From Azolla caroliniana (taxonomy: Eukaryota > Plantae > Polypodiophyta), in the NCBI GenBank assembly GCA_043228905.1, contig JBHGNT010000009.1:2852001-2916000 (forward strand): 64,000 nt of DNA, given 5' to 3'. Below the pieces are notes generated by a model that searched no databases, had not been told where the DNA came from, and worked only from the letters and a program-made list of their open reading frames with translations. This document shows, in pieces, positions 48,196 to 64,000 of this stretch (position 1 is its first letter; every line of letters starts with the position of its first letter). Position numbers and translations under genes: made by a program.

Positions 48196-51100
48196 TCATG
48201 CCGCATCTGAACTCATTAATAACCTCTTTAGCTCTTTCTTGTTTACCTGGAAGATTTGAAATAGAAGCAAGAAATGGAAATGTCTTATTAAATATAGTGC
48301 AACACCTTTTGTCAACATACTTCTTTTCTTTTCTTACTGGTGACACACTATACCTTGCCCATTGCATTACGCGGAATTGTATCCCAAATTTTCAACTTCG
48401 CTGGGGTCTGCAAGATATAATGCCAGCTCTTTAAAATAAGACATTATGTATAGTACTACAATTATAGCCATGAATCAATCAAACCTACTTAAGTACAAAT
48501 GGAGAAAATTTTGTAACAAGAGAATGGAGCAAGAACTAATAATGTGATTGATGTAAATAGGAGTTGGAAATATCAATTAGAGTAGGAGTCCTACATTCCT
48601 TAGTTTGAGACTCATACAAAAACTATTATTACATCTGAGAGAGGCAATGCTATAAATAATTCCCACAATAAGTGACAAAAATGTCATTGAAAAGGGGGGA
48701 AGGGCAAGAGGGATGATCAAGGTACAAAAGATTCATTAGAATTACAAACATGATTGATTAAAATAGACATCTATAATATTTCCTAAAATAGGAGGTTTAT
48801 TACTAGAAGGCTTTGAAACAAACAATGCTTAAACAAATCCCCATACACAAAATGGTGAGAAAAAGCACCTTGAAGAGGGTGCGGAACAACAGTACATCAT
48901 ACCATACATGGTTTAACAGTGTAGATAGTAAACATGTACCTTGTAAGGTGCCAATCTTTCTTTCGCCCATGCTCGTAGTTGACGTAATGTCAAAGGCTGC
49001 CCTGCCTTACTATCTGATTTAGACTTGGCTTCATTGTTTAACACCACAACTGCACACACAACTTCGCCGAAATAGTTGTCCGGAAGCCCTAGAATGGCAC
49101 ATTCAGCTATAGCAGGATGCTGCAGAAAACATATTGGGATTATGTTAAAGAGCAATATGAAGCATTTCATTTTCTCTTTCATCACTACTCTTTGCTTGTT
49201 TAATATTTCGGTATGATCTCTTACCTCAAGTAAAACAGCTTCTATCTCTAGTGCCGATAGCTTATATCCAGCAACCTTCAAAATATCAACACTGGTTCCT
49301 ATTTATGCAATAAAAACCATAGTTTTGGAAAATGCTAAAACATTCTGAACAAATGTAATGATTCAAAAGATTACCATAAAATTACCATGGGTTCTTTAGT
49401 AGAAACAATTTCCAAATGCTAAAAAATGAGTATTAACAGGCAAATTCTGAGTCCATACTTCCTAAAATTATGTAGTAACCATCATCATCTATGGTGGCAG
49501 AATCGCCCGTCTTAAAATAGCCATCCTCTGTGAAAGAATCCTTTGTCACCTGCACAAAATGAAAGAACTTGTTTGCTATACCTTCTAATAAAGTTATTTA
49601 TCCATTAGTCTGAAGTGTAACATAGAAGCTTTTTGACAGTTAGAAGATTCTTTGAATCCAGAATGACTTCTAAACATTGCAAAATCGTAAAGAAAATGAC
49701 AGTATACAAACAGAGATATCTTCAGTTGATATATAAGCGCCTTTCACTGATATGCTTGAACGGATTATTCATGTGGACGAGATTGAACACTCCATGTTGG
49801 AATAGCCTAAACCTTGGACGAGGTTGTTAATATTAAGTATGTTCCTAATACGCTTGTTAGTTCAGCTCAGGTTTTGGTATTACTCCTGTCTTATCTTAAG
49901 GAAATATTTGTGTTCATGGCCATTAAGACAGTGACATTGCAATGATATGTAACCAAGACATCATGATCTGTTCTATGTGATATCAGTAAAGCAAAAGAAA
50001 TTTGTTTGATGGAGAAAATTAGCCATTGGATATCTCAAGTTTTCCAAACAAAGAGAAACCCTGGAAAGAAAAGTAATGCATTTTGAGAAATATATTTTTC
50101 ATTATAAAAACAGGTCTTATTATACTTGCATCAAGAGTGCGTAAGAATTGTCATGTCACCTAATTTTGAAGTACCAAATTTAAAATAGCAACGTTTGCAG
50201 AATGGTTACCCCACTAGATTTTGCAGCTAAAAGCATAGCAAAGACTTTCTAGTTATAATTGGACCAAAAAATGGGAACTTTTCTGACATAAATCCACATC
50301 TGACAAGGGAATCACAAACTACGTTGTCATTTTAGTTCTCTGTGAATGCACATTCTGTTTCTGAAAAAAATTATTTATCTTCTGCACACAAAGTAAATTA
50401 TTACAGATACATTTCAAAGAGTTACAGAAATCTGTTACATTATTTCATTACTATTATTCACAAATATTTAATTTACTCAGAAAGAGGTTTCAAACCAGAC
50501 CTCTGGTTTCTGCCAATACTCTTTGAACATGGAGGGACTCTTCACGTGCAATTCACCAATGCCAGGAACAGTGGCATCATCTTCAACTATTCTCACCTGA
50601 ATGTTTTGTCTGCCCAAATCAGTCTTAGATGGGGTTTCTTCTTCCTTTGCAGTAATTAAATATAGAAAATAATAATTTTCTTTGTGACCTGAACCCCTGG
50701 TAAAGGTTTGCCTACTGTTCCCACTTTCCTTGCTCCATGACAAGGATTTGATAAACCCATTCCAAACTGTCATTCACAAGGTAAATTGAACAATAATTAA
50801 CCAGAGAAAAATGAAATCAAGGTTTACTTTGGATGGCCAATCTATTCACGTATGCATAAAAGATTATGTAAATGTACAAGGTTGTGTCGAAGATAGCAAT
50901 TGATAACATCACCTCTGTCATTCCATATCTTTCCAACAGCTGATGTCCTGTCACTGTTTCCCATTCTTTCTGTATAGGTTGAGGAAGGGCAGATGATCCA
51001 CACATCTGCATTTTAGCTTCTTCCATTACTCCATGAACATTAAATAAAAATTTAGGTAAAATACTGTAACATATAGCATTTGATCCAAATTTCTCATATT

Positions 51101-54100
51101 TTAGCTTCTACAAATGCGGTCATGTCATCACAACATTTCATGATAGTTCTGAATATTAAAATTATCTTACACACTGGCCATATAGCTCTAGATTCTACAT
51201 GATCAGCCTGATTCAATTGAGGTTTACCAAATCATGAACAATAAAACTGATCTCAAAGCATAATCCACAATAAAATAACACTCCACAACAAAAACGATAA
51301 CAGAAGACTCCCAAGAGAGTCTAACAAACCATGAGGCGTAGATGTTGAGCAGCCAATGTAGCAGCCTTCTTTGCATCTTCATCCATATCTCTATAATCTT
51401 TAAGCAAGTAAGCATACATTGAGGGGACCTGTGCACAATCTCATAAAAGACTTGCCTTTGCCATAAAGCCAAAGCACTAGTAAATATGATTTGTTTCTAA
51501 ATATAAAGGCAACTGAAATACTTACCCCAGTGAATACTGAGATGGCATCCACATCCTTAATGCCCTTTTTGGGGTATGATTGTGACCATCGTTTCCACAC
51601 ATTATTTGCAATGAACTTTGGTAAAAACTCAACCTCCAAAGAAAGATACGCGTTCATTCAGATAGTTTATAGCCGTCTATGAGATGAAATTTGCCTAACA
51701 TATTGTATGTCTTCCATATCTAAATTACAACAAAACGGGACTATCTCTAGTACATAGATTCTCAACATGCGGCCGACATAAGAACAATAAATGAAAAGCA
51801 AACCTAGTTCTTACTGTGGCTCCAACATATAGGGGTGCCAAGAGACAATTGAAAAGCCCATGAACATCTATGATAATGTAAAGTGGAACAAGTTAAGAAT
51901 TGAACTCAATAGTACAAAAACAGCAGGATTATAGATGGATGAAATTGATGGCAGGATACGATGAAGTGGTAGACAGTGAAGGAACCGATCACTGCATTCA
52001 TACTCCCAAGCTTCACTTAACATTTTGACCTGTAACAGAAACAAATCAGGCAGTTATTTGTAATTTGAAATCACAATAGCGTATAGGGGAACAGTATAAA
52101 CCATAACTTCTCATTGCTGAAATAAAGCAAGATTTTGAATACTACATGACGTAAACTTCTCCTTTTCTAGCAAAACAATATAGAGAAATTGGGGAAACAA
52201 ATTCATAACATGGATAAGGATATAAAACTACTGACCTACATTATATAAAAAAATCTAAAAAGAAAACAATATAGGAATAGTCTGCATTTAAGATCAGCCT
52301 CCATAAACCTTAGATGAGGAACTATATTCTCTTGAAACTGTTGAGAACCTTCAACCATTTCAGAATGATGCCAATATAACAACACTTGGATGCTCCTCCA
52401 TGTCTACAGACAACAATGTGAATTCACGAGTTGAATCTTGAAGCACATAGCCTCTTTGATACTCCATTCTATTTGTCTACTAACAAGGTCGTCTTTCATC
52501 ATACTAAATTACTCTACTGTATTGGTTCCAGTTTCAGCTCCCAAAGTACTTTGTGTGCCACAGATGAACTCGTGTTGGGACCTTTTTGGTGTACTGTATG
52601 AGATGGCAATCTAGACGTGACACAAACAAACATTATGTCTTGTCATCGACCACAATTGACATTTCATTGCTATTATTCTTGCATTGTTTTTTTTCATACT
52701 GTTTTGATCGCAGACAGACTACATCTCTGTATATCTGATTTGTCTCATTGGCTAATTTTGTTTTTTAATAACATCAAAAAACCTTTTTCTCTTCATATGC
52801 TCCTCTAATTTTCTACACTTTTAGGATTTCTATACAATTGATCATTGTCTCTTTTGAAAGCAGTATCATGTTCTCAACCTTAAGGTTAAAGCATACAAGC
52901 AACCACCTGTGCATTCATCCCAGCATGTGTATGGACTACTCCCTTCGGTTTGCCAGTGGTTCCACTTGTGTATATGATCAAACCTGGAGCTTCAGCTGAG
53001 AAACAAACATATACATATATCTCACTCATCTTCCATTAATCCATGCATGAAACATATCAAAGCAAATTCATGAAATGGATACAAGGATTTACTTTCAATT
53101 CCAGAAAGATTAGTAATTTGATCCAGCATTTGCTCGTAAGATGTTCCATTTGTTTTCAGGCATTCATTTGGGTCGAAGGTCGGGATTTGTGGTAGAAGAT
53201 AGAAGTCAGATGAAGCTTTTTGGGAAACTTCTAGTAATTTTTCTTGATGATCTTCTGTACCAAGCACCATCGATATACCCTGCAACCGATAGAATTTTTC
53301 TCTTGGCCTTCTTTCAAATATGCAATAGCCCATTAAATACTCTTGAAAACCCGTCAAAAAGTTTAAATGCCTATCAAATATCAAATGCCCATCAAATACT
53401 TCTGACAATCCATCAAATACCCTAGATAATCTCCAACATTCTTGAAAAATCATAAAATTTTCTTTAAATCCCATTCAATACATTTGAGAGCTTGAAAACC
53501 CTCTTAGAACTCTTGAAACCCACTAAATACTCTTGGAAATACACTTATTAGTCTGACCCATCCAATATTTTGCATTAGAAACTCCTGAAATACTTACTGC
53601 ATCGGATAGCACATGCAAGAGCTCAGATTCTGGGTAACCTAAAGCGAGTGGGACTGCAGTACCCCGACAAAGCCAAGTTGCCCACATACCGGCCACAAAT
53701 TGCGCATTCGGTTTCGCAATTATTCCAACTCGGGGTCCCTCCAAACCACTCTTCTTAGAAGAAGGCAAACCAGAGGTAATGCTAAACCTTCCCGAGTCTT
53801 TGTTTATCTTCTGTAATACCTACCACAAAAAATTGAAGCAAAAAACAGAAAACAATAAAGACACAGAACCAAAACAGAAACACACAAGTGCAAGAAGCGA
53901 AACTGAAAAACAAAACACAAGACATGAGCAAAAACTAGAAAAATACAGAAAAAAAACTCAACTCAAACAAACGAATAAATAGAACCGGAATCTGGAACAA
54001 ACAAAAAAAATTTATCACATGACATCTCACCTTATTCTTGTTGGAGAGGAACAGTTTGAGGTCTGTAGATATGGAGAATGCAGATTGCAATAACTGTGCA

Positions 54101-54186
54101 TATGTATAAGAAAACTCTTCGACAGAGATGGCCAAAGTGCTCCGAGCTTTCAATCTCAGATTGACTGCTGCTCTGATCACATCCAT
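48196..54186 (-). CDS. AAE13: Malonate-CoA ligase / acyl-activating enzyme 13-like (ACSF3 family), 16 coding exons, ~566 aa
   Basis: Exons 54186-54031, 53819(or 53810)-53598, 53279-53093, 52995-52907, 52029-51960, 51867-51815, 51633-51526, 51428-51330, 51005-50913, 50766-50689, 50596-50501, 49549-49459, 49298-49225, 49119-48940, 48407-48354, 48246-48196. AMP-binding loop [54 protein letters not shown] and [13 protein letters not shown] are diagnostic of the family. Confidence 0.93.
53305..53545. repeat. Degenerate short-unit repeat tract (TCAAATA / AAATACTCTTGAAAACCC) in an AAE13 intron, possibly MITE-derived
   Basis: Recurrent TCAAATA and CTTGAAAA motifs. Confidence 0.5.
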
Positions 54187-55301
54187 TATCGCGGAGAAGC
54201 AAACCCTGAAAATAACAATGACATTAGGACGGAACACATTATAACAATTTACCTCTAAAATTAGAGGGCAGTTTAGGAAAATATATACAAAGAAAAAGAA
54301 ATAGAGTACACCTTTTATCCTTTTTTGCCCTTTTATCACGATAACACCCTGTTTGCCCTTCTATTTGGTATCTACTAGTCTTAATTAATGATTATCAATT
54401 AATTTCTTGCAATTAGGAATTATTCTACAGACTACAAGGCTTGTTTGCTCCTAATTAATGAGTAATAGACTGGTGAATTAGTTTGTCTATTCATCACAAC
54501 ATAATTCATCGACAAGTTAATCATTTACTAAATAATTCAGGTAACATGTTCTTTAAACAAATGAGATTCCTCATCATGCCTAACAAACATTGTGCATATC
54601 AAAATAAAAAATCAATTGCATTTTGGTAGTTAAAACGAAAATATTTACTAATATATCATATGTATTTACCAAAATGCAATCAAGATTTTGAGTATATTGG
54701 TAAATTAGGCATATTTTAAGAATAAACAATTGTATGTTCAAATTAATCTCAAAAGGGACCCAGAAACCTCCATTCATGTCATTTCGTGTAGCATTTTCTA
54801 ATGAGACTATTGGAATGTTGACGTTACACAGATTGGAACAATCCATGAAATGATGACCAAACCTTGTTTGTTTGGTTTAGGGTGCATTTATAGGATTTGT
54901 TTGTTTTGTTAGATGAATAGAATTGAATGAGAATCAATATGAATGTAGCTATTTAATTTAGTCTTGGTTGCAAGGATAAAAATGGTGCAATCTGTTTTCA
55001 GCATCTCTTTTTTCCTTTGAGTGAGGGGTTGATTGACATTTTCATACATTGAGGCCACACGTGAGAATCAAACCCCAAACCTACCTCCTACCTCATGGTA
55101 AAGGAACCCAAATCACAAGGCCAAAACGTTGAAAATTTAGGTCCTCTATCATATCGGTCTAAGATAGCAAAAAGAAGCATCAGCTCTCTAGTATCATAAA
55201 TGGTGAGCGGATATGGTATAGAACCACAATTATATGCCGCCTCATATATATGCCATTTCCAATTGAGCAATAACCTCTAAAGTCATGTTGCGTCCTAAGG
55301 T

Positions 55302-57923
55302 TCAATTACTATGGAGGTGATGTCTGTTACATGTCTTTATTTCCTCCATCATAGTCTTACTCGCATTGGATTCCTTGTGCATGCTGTTATCAGCATAGAT
55401 TTGACACATTAATGTATAAGATGCCGGATCCATTCGATCCAAAGCAACTGCATGTTCAAAGGCCTCTTTTCCAAGTTTTACATTGCCCCACTTTTTACAA
55501 GCACCTAACAAAGCTATCCATGGACCAAGATCAGCAAAAAATGATGAGTTCTTGATCACTGCAACCGCTTTATACAATTGTCCAACACGGCCAAGAAGAT
55601 CAACAATGCAAGTATAGTGCTCTGGGGTTGGCATGATACCATGATTTTGGCTCATGGCCTCAAAATATGTACAACTTCTACACATTAATCCGTTCCGACC
55701 ACATGCAGTCAAAACAACAATGAAGGTGATCATTCCCGGCTTCATATCTTCGGCTAACATATCATCAAATATTTCGAGCACCTTCTCACTTTCTCCATGG
55801 TGTGCATATCCTCCGATCAATGAATTCCACGAAACCAGGTCACGAACCTGAAGTTTATCAAACACATTGTGTGAGGCCATGATCAAGCCACATTTGGCAT
55901 ACATATCAACCAGGGCATTGCCCAAATCGGAATCTTCTTCAAGCAACCCCTTTTTGGCAATCTCAGAATGCATTTCTTGGCCCCGGTGAGGTGTACCTAG
56001 AAGAGAACAAGCTTTTAAACCACCCAACAACGTGGTGATGTCTGGGGAGACCCCCTCCATTCTCATCTGATCAAATCTCTTGATAGCTTCTTCACCTTGT
56101 CCTTGACTGGCATATCCATCAATCAATGTATTCCATGTGACTACATCCTTGACTTGGAGCTTATTGAATACTTCCTGTGCTTTCAGTAGAAACCCACATT
56201 TAGCGTACATATCAACCAATGCGTTGTTAATGCTACTATATACATCCCCTTTCAAATACTGCCCTTCTCTTTCGATTTCAGCATGTATTTCTCGGCCTTT
56301 ATTCACATCTCCTATGTTGGTACAAGCTTTAAGAGCACAAAGAAATGTAATCAGATTGGGGGAAATACCTTCAAGTAGCATCTTTTCAAACCATTCAAGT
56401 GCATGATCTGAATGTCCGGATTCAACCCATCCTCCGATGAGTGTGGTCCATGTCACCACATCCTTAGCTGATAGTTTGATAAACACTTCTTGTGCTTTCT
56501 CAACAAGACTACATTTGAAATACATATCCACCAATGCATTTCCAATAACAACATCTGTTCCTAAAAGCCCTCTTCTAGATATTTCGGTGTGGATTACTTC
56601 ACCCTTATCTGCGTTTCTTGTCAAGCCACAAGCCTTCAAAAGACAAGTAAATGTGACAACATCAGGAGAGAAACCATTGCTTTGCATCCATACATAACAC
56701 TCAAGGGCTTCTTCACCGTGTCCATTTTCACAATATCCGGCAATAAGCACATTCCATGAGGCTGTATCTTTCTTGAAGAGACTATTGAATACAATTTGTG
56801 CATCATCAAGAAAACCACATCTAGCATACAAGTCAACCAATGAATTCCCAATGGCAGGTTCTTCTTCGAGAAACCCTTTGCACTCAATTTCCTTATGTAT
56901 TTCTCGACCTTTAGTTATTGTCTCTGGTGTGTTAGTGCATGCTTTGAGAATGGAAATATATGTGACTTCATTTGGAGATATGCCTTCCATTTTCATCTTT
57001 TCAAAGCATTCCATTGCTTTCTCAGCATGGGAATTTTCTGCATATCCCAAAATAAGGGCTGTCCACAAGACTACATTTCTGGCTGAGGTTTTCTCAAAGA
57101 CTTCTTGTGATCTTCTTGGAAAGCCACATTTGGCGTACATATGAATCAAGTTACAACAAAGGAAAATGTTTCCGTTTAGAAAACCTTTTCTGCAAATCTC
57201 AGCATAGATAGCTTGACCCTCATTGATTGCATCAGCACCGATACCGATACAGGCTTTCAAACTACAAAAGAATGTCCAAGCATCGGGATTGATACCATCC
57301 AGTCGCATTTGTCGGAAACACGACAGTGCCAATGTGCAATACCCATGATCGGCATACCCTCCGATGAGAGAAGTCCACGTCATCACATCTCTTACAGGAA
57401 GCGAATCAAATATAGTTTGTGCTTCTATAAGTGAGCCCAGTTTCACATGCATATCGACCAGCGCGCCCCCCACTGACACATTTCTCCAGAAACCTTCATG
57501 GGCAGCAATTCGTACATGCATTTCTTTACCTTTCTTTATATCTCTTATTTGGCCACAAGCTTTCATGGTGCAAACAAATGTCACGCTATCCGGGCATATT
57601 GATTCAAGATTCATATGATCAAAAAGTTCAAATACTTTCTTATACTCTCTGTTTTCAATATACCCCAATATCAGTGCATTCCATGTGAGCACACCCTTAG
57701 CCGAGAGCCGATCAAATGTTTCTTGAGCTTTTGAAAAAGACCCACATTTCACATATAAATCAACCAGAATACTTCCAACAAATGGATGGTTTCGAAGAAA
57801 CCTGTTTCCTTCAATAAGTGCATGTAATTTAAGACCCTTTTTGAGGTCTTTTTTCTTTATACATTCCTTTAGATTGGCCACAAATGCTTCCAAACATAGA
57901 GAATATGAGTTTTGATAAAGCAT
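55302..57923 (-). CDS. Intronless PLS-class pentatricopeptide repeat protein with C-terminal E domain and no DYW (putative organellar RNA editing factor), 873 aa
   Basis: Single long ORF with repeated P-L-S triplets (LVDMYAKCG...AQEVF / DVVTWNxLIxGY...M..EG.SP / TF...LKAC...KGREIH), ending in HYTCIVDLLGRVG...WIALLGACKKWGNV...SYTLMCQIYA (E1/E2). No PG box or DYW. Confidence 0.95.
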   Translation of the reverse strand: MLYQNSYSLCLEAFVANLKECIKKKDLKKGLKLHALIEGNRFLRNHPFVGSILVDLYVKCGSFSKAQETFDRLSAKGVLTWNALILGYIENREYKKVFELFDHMNLESICPDSVTFVCTMKACGQIRDIKKGKEMHVRIAAHEGFWRNVSVGGALVDMHVKLGSLIEAQTIFDSLPVRDVMTWTSLIGGYADHGYCTLALSCFRQMRLDGINPDAWTFFCSLKACIGIGADAINEGQAIYAEICRKGFLNGNIFLCCNLIHMYAKCGFPRRSQEVFEKTSARNVVLWTALILGYAENSHAEKAMECFEKMKMEGISPNEVTYISILKACTNTPETITKGREIHKEIECKGFLEEEPAIGNSLVDLYARCGFLDDAQIVFNSLFKKDTASWNVLIAGYCENGHGEEALECYVWMQSNGFSPDVVTFTCLLKACGLTRNADKGEVIHTEISRRGLLGTDVVIGNALVDMYFKCSLVEKAQEVFIKLSAKDVVTWTTLIGGWVESGHSDHALEWFEKMLLEGISPNLITFLCALKACTNIGDVNKGREIHAEIEREGQYLKGDVYSSINNALVDMYAKCGFLLKAQEVFNKLQVKDVVTWNTLIDGYASQGQGEEAIKRFDQMRMEGVSPDITTLLGGLKACSLLGTPHRGQEMHSEIAKKGLLEEDSDLGNALVDMYAKCGLIMASHNVFDKLQVRDLVSWNSLIGGYAHHGESEKVLEIFDDMLAEDMKPGMITFIVVLTACGRNGLMCRSCTYFEAMSQNHGIMPTPEHYTCIVDLLGRVGQLYKAVAVIKNSSFFADLGPWIALLGACKKWGNVKLGKEAFEHAVALDRMDPASYTLMCQIYADNSMHKESNASKTMMEEIKTCNRHHLHSN

Positions 57924-58030
57924 AGTATCTCAGGGAAGCATTCCCTAATAAGGATATGGAGATGTTCCTCTGCTGCTACTTCGCCCATGAAGACCAAAAT
58001 GGAGTAACAGAGTAGCAGAAAACAGAGTAC

Positions 58031-58038
58031 TTATATAT
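58031..58038 (-). promoter_or_regulatory. Candidate TATA box of the PPR gene
   Basis: ATATATAA on the minus strand ~110 nt upstream of the ORF start, followed by a pyrimidine-rich leader. Confidence 0.35.
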
Positions 58039-59804
58039 TTGCTACTTGTAAGAACTGAAGTTATCAAAAGCTCACATGATTTAGACTTCTAGGAAATGGA
58101 GTGGTTATGCGTCCTTATGACCACACAGGTGATAGAAAAAGATCACATGTGTTAGGTAGCCTTGTCTTATGGTTAGGCCATAGATGCCGATAGCAGAATG
58201 TACGCCAATTAGCAAACAATTTTGGTGGGCTACATAGCGGTCGTTGCCATTGATTTTGTGTATATTTCCGGCGAGGACATGTTTTAGCTTTCAATTAGTT
58301 GGTTGGCCCTAACAAATTGGTTGGATTAGAAACATCTCGCTCTTGTTTTCTACGATTTGTCATCATTTACTCCTTATTATAGAGTTATGAGAGCTCCTCC
58401 TAATCTACACTTTTGTTGATGATGTTAATCTAGGATTAGATCATTTCAACCAAACTCTCAAACTCTTGCTTGCATGTGCTTGTACCTCCCAAATATGATA
58501 TCATATCATATTATCAATATGTTAACTTCGATGGTTTGGGCTTAGGGGTGACCCCTTACCTTGTTAGTGTGTTACCTTTGCTCAAAAAGTATATTCACTC
58601 TAACCTTGTACCTATCTTCTTTTTCGTGTTTTTTGAAGGTTTGGGGTTTAGGTACCATATGCCTTTCTATCACAAATTCTACTCACCTTTTTCTATGTAT
58701 AGCTTATAGTTTGCGATTTAGGATTTAAGGAGCATTTTACATTTCTTGAAAATTTTGGATCACAATATTTATCCAATGTTCAAGGTTCACGGTTTTGGAC
58801 AACATGGAATTGTTCTTTCTAAGAACCCAAAGAGAGCAAAACCTTTATTTTGCAAGATTCCATATCACAATAGAGGAATAGGAGGGAAGTGTGTTGGTCC
58901 AATCAAATTTCTTGCAATTCAAAATACCCCAACCTTGATCCTACCAATTGATGCCGAGGAGTAACCTCTATACAAAGTAGTGTGTCTCTATTGCCACACC
59001 ATCAATTACAAACAATTCACTATAACTTCGAATTGGTCTATGGATAATATATTGTATTAATTATGTTATTAGTAGCATAGTCATCATTTTGATCTGTATT
59101 CAAAAGAGGCTTTTTACATTCGAAGATTGGAAGTATAAAATTCCACAAACTTAATCGAGGCTAGATTTATTTTGGATGCCTAAAATAGTTGAATCACTGG
59201 AATGAGACTTGGTATGGGCGAGATAATACCATTTTTGTCACGCCTAGTATATGCTTCTTTTATAACATTGAATACAGTAGTGCCCAATTCTAATGCAAGT
59301 AGGATTATGACAGACCCTCAACATTTGTTATTATGATATTGCAACAATACACTATGATTGTGTATCACTCTGCAATGTCTCAACACCGGCACACATTTTA
59401 TTACCAACACTGGTTCAATGAAATAAAGAATACTATGTAACTTCAGAGAGGGATTACAACAATGCTTATTATTCTGTTTTAGCAGCACGGCTCACATGCA
59501 CAAAAACATGGGTTCAACCAAAACCAAACATTCTCACACAAAAGAAGGAATATTGTATGTGATCCAACATGAGGGAAACTCTAAAAACCATGCATAAGAC
59601 TTTTATACGCCAAATGAAGGCATACTGTATATATAGATTGATACACCAACATGTGGTAAACTCTCTCTTATGCATCTGCACTCCTCTTATACACGTGGAA
59701 TTGAAGATTCTTTCTTACATACATCAAATTGTCATTGTCATCGTCATCCATCATCACAACCATCAACTTCATCTGTGTTATCATCACCATCATTGTTGTT
59801 GTCA

Positions 59805-64000
<4,196 letters not shown>

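Noticed and set aside
55654-57688. Series of similar plus-strand ORFs
   Set aside because: Antisense shadows of the PPR repeats.

Overview
Eukaryotic land-plant nuclear DNA (AT-rich, GT-AG introns; the style of the PLS-PPR repeats suggests a fern or other seed-free plant, which is inference). I reconstructed five protein-coding genes exon by exon, all on the minus strand: a class I trehalose-6-phosphate synthase (17 coding exons, 7724-17093), a PUX10-like UBA-UAS-UBX protein (36883-46269), an AAE13-like malonyl-CoA synthetase (48196-54186), an intronless PLS-E PPR protein (55302-57923) and the 3' part of a TDY-type group D MAP kinase (59805 to the window end). The TPS-PUX10 intergenic region holds a cluster of 5'-truncated L1/Tx1-like LINE copies. 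Two near-identical copies are both 5'-inverted (twin-priming structure), and a chimeric PPR/actin/LINE-tail fragment lies nearby. The divergent LINEs share a short motif just before the poly(A). PUX10 intron 2 contains a decayed Copia element and MITEs, and the PUX10 5' leader carries a telomere-like G-quadruplex motif next to the start codon. No rRNA, tRNA or CRISPR array was seen. All calls are by eye; no database searches were run.
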